DNA from: Vulcanimicrobiota bacterium
Lineage (GTDB): Bacteria > Vulcanimicrobiota > Vulcanimicrobiia > Vulcanimicrobiales > Vulcanimicrobiaceae
Direction of reading: 5' to 3'
Length of the DNA stretch: 64,000 bases
NCBI GenBank assembly: GCA_963795855.1
Contig: CAWCIZ010000002.1
Location: forward strand, 512,001 to 576,000
A program made the translations under genes and the position numbers. Shown in pieces: positions 60,151 to 64,000 of the stretch. Each line of letters opens with the position of its first letter. Positions within the stretch are counted from its first letter, which is position 1. The notes beneath the pieces were generated by a model that ran no database searches, was not told the origin of the DNA, and was given only the letters and a program-made list of their open reading frames with translations.

Positions 60151-60615
60151 ATGGAAAATCAACCGGAAACCGCCGGTGTAATCGCTTTTCCACCGCTGAT
60201 CTACGCGATTCCGCTCGCAGCAAGCGTTGTCGTGGATCGGCTGCTGTTCAAGCGACGCATGCCGGCGGCGGCGCCCGTATTATCGATAGGATTCTTCGCC
60301 GCGGCGGCTTGGCTCGTGGCGCCGGGAGTTGCCGAATTCAAAAAAGCGGGAACGGCGATCGATCCGTTTGAGGAAACGACCGCGCTAGTCGAGTCCGGCC
60401 CTTTCGCATACACGCGCAATCCGCTCTATCTGGGCTTGACTATGGCGTACGTCGGATGTGCGCTTGCAACCCGCGCGGCGTTGCCGCTGGCGGTGTTGCC
60501 GAGCGTGCTTTGGCTGATGAACGTGGGCGTGATCGAGCGGGAAGAGCGGTATTTGCAACGCAAATTCGGCAACGCGTATCAACAGTACCGCGAGCGCGTG
60601 CCGCGCTGGGTGTGA
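60151..60615 (+). CDS. Isoprenylcysteine carboxylmethyltransferase/PEMT family membrane protein
   Basis: LV.SGPFAYTRNPLYLG, IEREERYL..KFG.AY..Y...VPRW. Confidence 0.9.
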   Translation: MENQPETAGVIAFPPLIYAIPLAASVVVDRLLFKRRMPAAAPVLSIGFFAAAAWLVAPGVAEFKKAGTAIDPFEETTALVESGPFAYTRNPLYLGLTMAYVGCALATRAALPLAVLPSVLWLMNVGVIEREERYLQRKFGNAYQQYRERVPRWV

Positions 60616-60622
60616 GTCCACA

Positions 60623-60985
60623 TCATCCGCCCTGCGCTTTTCGTTGATGCAGCGCGAAGCGGTTTCCGTCGGGGTCCTTTGCGAAACAGCTCCAGCATGG
60701 CGGAAATTCGTGAATTTCGGAGACGTCTGCACCGCCCGCGACCAGACGCGTGCGCGCCGTCCGGATGTCATCCACTTCGAAAGCGGCGCCCGTAGAGGTT
60801 CCCGGAACGATTCCGAGCGCTTCTCCCGTTCCGTCTATTGCGAACGTCGCGCTGCCGAGATCGAATTCGACCCAATCGTCGCTGACCAATTCGCCGAGCC
60901 GTAGCCCGAGCACGTCGCGGTAAAATGCGGTGGCTTTGCGTACGTCTTTAACGAAATAGGCGACGAAGGCTAACTCTTTGACCAT
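60623..60985 (-). CDS. VOC/glyoxalase family protein
   Basis: VKDV.KA.AFYRDVLGL...AFEVDD...KDPDGN. Confidence 0.88.
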   Translation of the reverse strand: MVKELAFVAYFVKDVRKATAFYRDVLGLRLGELVSDDWVEFDLGSATFAIDGTGEALGIVPGTSTGAAFEVDDIRTARTRLVAGGADVSEIHEFPPCWSCFAKDPDGNRFALHQRKAQGG

Positions 60986-61137
60986 GAATGTATGCTTTCT
61001 TTTGTGGAAACGAGCAATGGATCTTCGAGAGCGCTGCTCACCTCGTTTGGCGTTTTTGGCGAAAACTAACGCGTTGGGTTTACGCAGAAAACGCACTTTC
61101 AGGTGTTGGCTGCCGATGAGCGGCGTGGATGACGACG

Positions 61138-61752
61138 TTATTGGCGAGCGACAATGACCCGAATAGTATAGCCGGTCGGCACGGAAACGTCCCCGTCACG
61201 CTGAGCCCACATGGGCAGCATGTTCAGGTCGAAGTCGACGTGCTTGCTATCGCGTTCGTCGGGCGGCCCAAGCGGGATGTGCGTGCTGTTGCCGCTCTCG
61301 ACCGCCACGTCCGCATAATAGATCGTGCCGGGCCGCGCGCTCGGTATGTTCAGCGTTATGTGTGGAAAGCCGGCGAAAGTCAGCCACTTGTTCGTGCACG
61401 CGTCGTTCACCGCGATCGTCAACACGTAAAAGGGCTGCCAACCAGTTTTGCCGGCATGATAAACCGTGTCCAGATATGTCATGCGTGCCAGGCCCGCCGG
61501 GCCGACGGCATCTGCACGGATCGTCGAGCCCGCGCACGCATCGTTGCTCGGATACCAGAGTTGCGCAGCGACTCCATCGGACGCGGGGATGTCGAGGCGG
61601 CCTCCCGCGGGGGTTAGGGGCGCTTGTGCGCTTCGCGATATCTTCGCCAAGATCGGATCTATCGTGTAGATGTCGTCGGCGCGGGCGTGCACGGACCATG
61701 CCGCGTGCGCCGCGATAATGAGGCCGATCGCAAAACACGTTCGTCGTAGCAT
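61138..61752 (-). CDS. Hypothetical secreted protein
   Basis: Signal-peptide-like N-terminus ending VHARA. Confidence 0.55.
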   Translation of the reverse strand: MLRRTCFAIGLIIAAHAAWSVHARADDIYTIDPILAKISRSAQAPLTPAGGRLDIPASDGVAAQLWYPSNDACAGSTIRADAVGPAGLARMTYLDTVYHAGKTGWQPFYVLTIAVNDACTNKWLTFAGFPHITLNIPSARPGTIYYADVAVESGNSTHIPLGPPDERDSKHVDFDLNMLPMWAQRDGDVSVPTGYTIRVIVARQ

Positions 61753-61760
61753 ACACGAAT

Positions 61761-62189
61761 TCACAACTCGCAACGCTGCAACACGCGGCCATCGTCACAC
61801 ACGAACAACAGCACTTTCGTATGAGGCCAGGGCTGTTTGCAGATATTTTCTATGTCCTTCTTCGCCGGCTCGGGCAGCGTAGCCCATGCGTCAGAATCGA
61901 TTAGAAGTCGAATTGCGGCAATCCCGCCTACCATAGCGTCAAAGTCCACGGACTTCACGAAGTTTCGAATTCCTAGCCCGGCACTATAACGCTCGAGTTC
62001 TTCGTGCGTTGCCCGCGCGGTATTCCATTTGTGAAAATCGGTAACGTTAAGATCGTCGCGGCCGTCCCGTAGGGTGGGCTGCGGGAGACGTGCGTAGTCG
62101 TTCCGATAGCGTTCTTGGTTCGCCAACGTCTTGGCGATCGCGAGCACGATGAACGGAGCGATGATGGAGGCCAGAAACAAGGACAGCAT
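61761..62189 (-). CDS. Hypothetical membrane-anchored protein
   Basis: N-terminal TM; fills the gap downstream of pip. Confidence 0.5.
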   Translation of the reverse strand: MLSLFLASIIAPFIVLAIAKTLANQERYRNDYARLPQPTLRDGRDDLNVTDFHKWNTARATHEELERYSAGLGIRNFVKSVDFDAMVGGIAAIRLLIDSDAWATLPEPAKKDIENICKQPWPHTKVLLFVCDDGRVLQRCEL

Positions 62190-62195
62190 CGTCCG

Positions 62196-63161
62196 CTAAC
62201 GCCGCGCGCTTGCCGGAGCCGGCTCGATGGTGCGGAAGCGATCCAACGCTGCGACGATACGATCGGGGAAGGAGCCGTTTCCATGACCGGCGTCCACGAC
62301 CTGAAGGTCGCTTCCCGCCCAGCCCTGATGCAATTTCCACGCCGTTTCCAGGGGGCTGCTCACGTCGTAGCGGCCGTGGATAAGGACGCCGGGAATACCA
62401 TTCAACGAAGCAGCTTTGCGCAGCAATTCGTCCTCTTCGAAGAACGCGGCATGCCGCCAGTAATGCGTTACGAGGCGCGCGAAGCGCAGGCGAAACTCCG
62501 GATCTTCAAATCGGCGGTTCGGAACGTATCCGGGGACGAGCGACACGTGGCTATCTTCCCATGCGCACCATTCGAGCGCGGCTGCGGCGCAGACAGCGGG
62601 GTCGTCATCGAACAGCAGCGCAGCGTAAGCGTCGACGATGCGTTCGCTCTTGAGCGGCGGCGGAATATGTGACACGAGCCGCTCCCACTGCTGGGGGAAA
62701 ACGCGCCCGACGCCGCATGTGATCCAGTCCACTTCGCGGCGGGACGTCGTCGTGACGCATCCCAAAACGAGCGCGGCGACCCGATCGCGATGAGCCTGCG
62801 CGTACGCAAGCGCCAAGGTGCTGCCCCACGATGCGCCGAGCATGACCCAGCGGTCGATGGCAAGATGCGTGCGGAGGATTTCCAAATCGCCAATCAGGTG
62901 CGCGGTGGTGTTGGTCTGCAACTGGGTTCGTTGCGTCAAGAGCGGCCGGCTGCGGCCGCAGTTGCGTTGGTCGAACAAGACGATGCGGTAATGCTCCGGA
63001 TCGAAAAATCGCCGCGCGCCGGGCGTGCATCCGGAACCGGGTCCGCCGTGAATGTATATTGCGGGCGCGCCGTTCGGATTGCCGCAGCACTCCCAATACA
63101 TCTCGTTGCCGTCGCCGACATCGAGCCGGCCTTGGTCAAACGGTTCTATCGCGGGATACAT
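62196..63161 (-). CDS. pip: Prolyl aminopeptidase
   Basis: HGGPGSG, FDQRNCGRS, GASWGSTL, HGRYD, AGH. Confidence 0.93.
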   Translation of the reverse strand: MYPAIEPFDQGRLDVGDGNEMYWECCGNPNGAPAIYIHGGPGSGCTPGARRFFDPEHYRIVLFDQRNCGRSRPLLTQRTQLQTNTTAHLIGDLEILRTHLAIDRWVMLGASWGSTLALAYAQAHRDRVAALVLGCVTTTSRREVDWITCGVGRVFPQQWERLVSHIPPPLKSERIVDAYAALLFDDDPAVCAAAALEWCAWEDSHVSLVPGYVPNRRFEDPEFRLRFARLVTHYWRHAAFFEEDELLRKAASLNGIPGVLIHGRYDVSSPLETAWKLHQGWAGSDLQVVDAGHGNGSFPDRIVAALDRFRTIEPAPASARR

Positions 63162-63249
63162 GATCTCCGCACCGCCGCGGCCAAGAATTCAAAATCGGCG
63201 TCACCCATTGCTACGATTTTAACATAGGGCCGCGTCGCAGGGGGCAGCC

Positions 63250-63865
63250 ATGTTGGAAAGCAGTCACGAACGGCTTGCGGGACAGCCATGGGACGCGTCG
63301 TACAGCGACGGGCCCGCGCCGTGGGATATCGGCGCCCCGCAACCGGCGATCGTGCAATTGGCATCGCACGGCGCGTTCACCGGAACGGTGCTCGACGCCG
63401 GCTGCGGAACCGGTGAAAACGCCTTGCATATCGCGTCGCTTGGCTTATCGGTTCTGGGCGTCGACGTGGCGGAGACGGCAATCGCAATCGCGCGAAACAA
63501 GGCTGCGGAACGCGGGCTAGACGTCCAGTTTGCAGTCGCAAATGCATTTCAGTTGCAGCGCTTGGGACGCACTTTCGAGAGCGTTCTGGACTGCGGCTTA
63601 TTCCATACATTCGACGACGACGAGCGAACGCGCTACGTGGCGAGTTTAGCCTCCGCGACGCACCGCGCTGCAATGTTGTATGTCCTATGCTTTAGCGATG
63701 AAGGTCCCGAGACCGGGCCGCATCCCATCAGTCAGCAGCAGTCTGCGAAACGCGTTCGACGCGGTCACCGGATGGGACATCGTCACGATTGAAGCGGAGC
63801 GCGTTCGCACGAGATTCCACGAGCACGGAGCACCCGGTTGGCTTGCGACGATGAGGCGCACTTAG
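63250..63865 (+). CDS. Class I SAM methyltransferase; frameshift near 63742
   Basis: PWDIGAPQP, VLDAGCGTGEN, LDCGLFH; C-terminus LRNAF...WLATMRRT in +1 frame. Confidence 0.85.
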
Positions 63866-63946
63866 GCGTCAGCCGCCGCGAAAAAGCGGAAACCGGCAGC
63901 AGCCTACCTAACGACTGTTGGGTCTGCCCCGAAGGGAGGTCTAGAC

Positions 63947-64000
63947 ATGAGTACTCCGGTTCCGGTTAACATCGGCAACACCGCATTCATGCTCATCTGT
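63947..64000 (+). CDS. amt: Ammonium transporter, N-terminus (runs off window end)
   Basis: GGAGGT RBS; MSTPVPVNIGNTAFMLIC matches the Amt first-TM G(D/N)TAFML motif. Confidence 0.7.
   Translation, partial: MSTPVPVNIGNTAFMLIC

Noticed and set aside
60990..61135. AT-richer intergenic stretch with short AAAACGC/GCGTTT repeats upstream of the VOC gene
   Set aside because: No recognisable riboswitch or ncRNA consensus.
1..64000. CRISPR arrays, tRNA/rRNA, IS elements, prophage or defence genes
   Set aside because: No regularly spaced repeats, structural-RNA signatures, or transposase/integrase motifs were seen.

Overview
This is a gene-dense, high-GC bacterial chromosomal window. The mix of GerMN/AMIN-amidase/murI, a TonB-receptor-like gene, RsbU/RsbW/STAS partner-switching genes and a TPR-LuxR regulator suggests a diderm Terrabacteria lineage such as Ca. 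Eremiobacterota; this taxonomy is inference. Most genes are housekeeping or accessory: oppD/F, secG, dxs, murI, amidase, an atypical cbb3 oxidase operon, ClC, tdk, rhlE-infA-Zn-ribbon, an Lhr helicase, CocE/NonD, penicillin acylase, multicopper oxidase, pip and the start of amt. I found no rRNA, tRNA, CRISPR array or mobile element. The main find is a candidate RiPP-like system at about 51.7-57.3 kb. It has a 56-aa precursor absent from the ORF track (YxxPxI leader; Cys/Asp/Gly-rich core ending DGDY; own RBS and terminator), flanked by a JmjC oxygenase with an RRE-like C-terminus, a cupin metalloenzyme, two sulfotransferase-fold paralogues and a methyltransferase. Other highlights are infA (and probably the upstream DEAD-box helicase) apparently starting at ATC, a hairpin occluding the helicase RBS, an unannotated 58-aa lipopeptide in front of a TPR-LuxR regulator, and a 57-bp in-frame tandem duplication. 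About 11 single-base frameshifts in 8 genes are probably sequencing errors. All family calls come from motifs read by eye, not from database searches.
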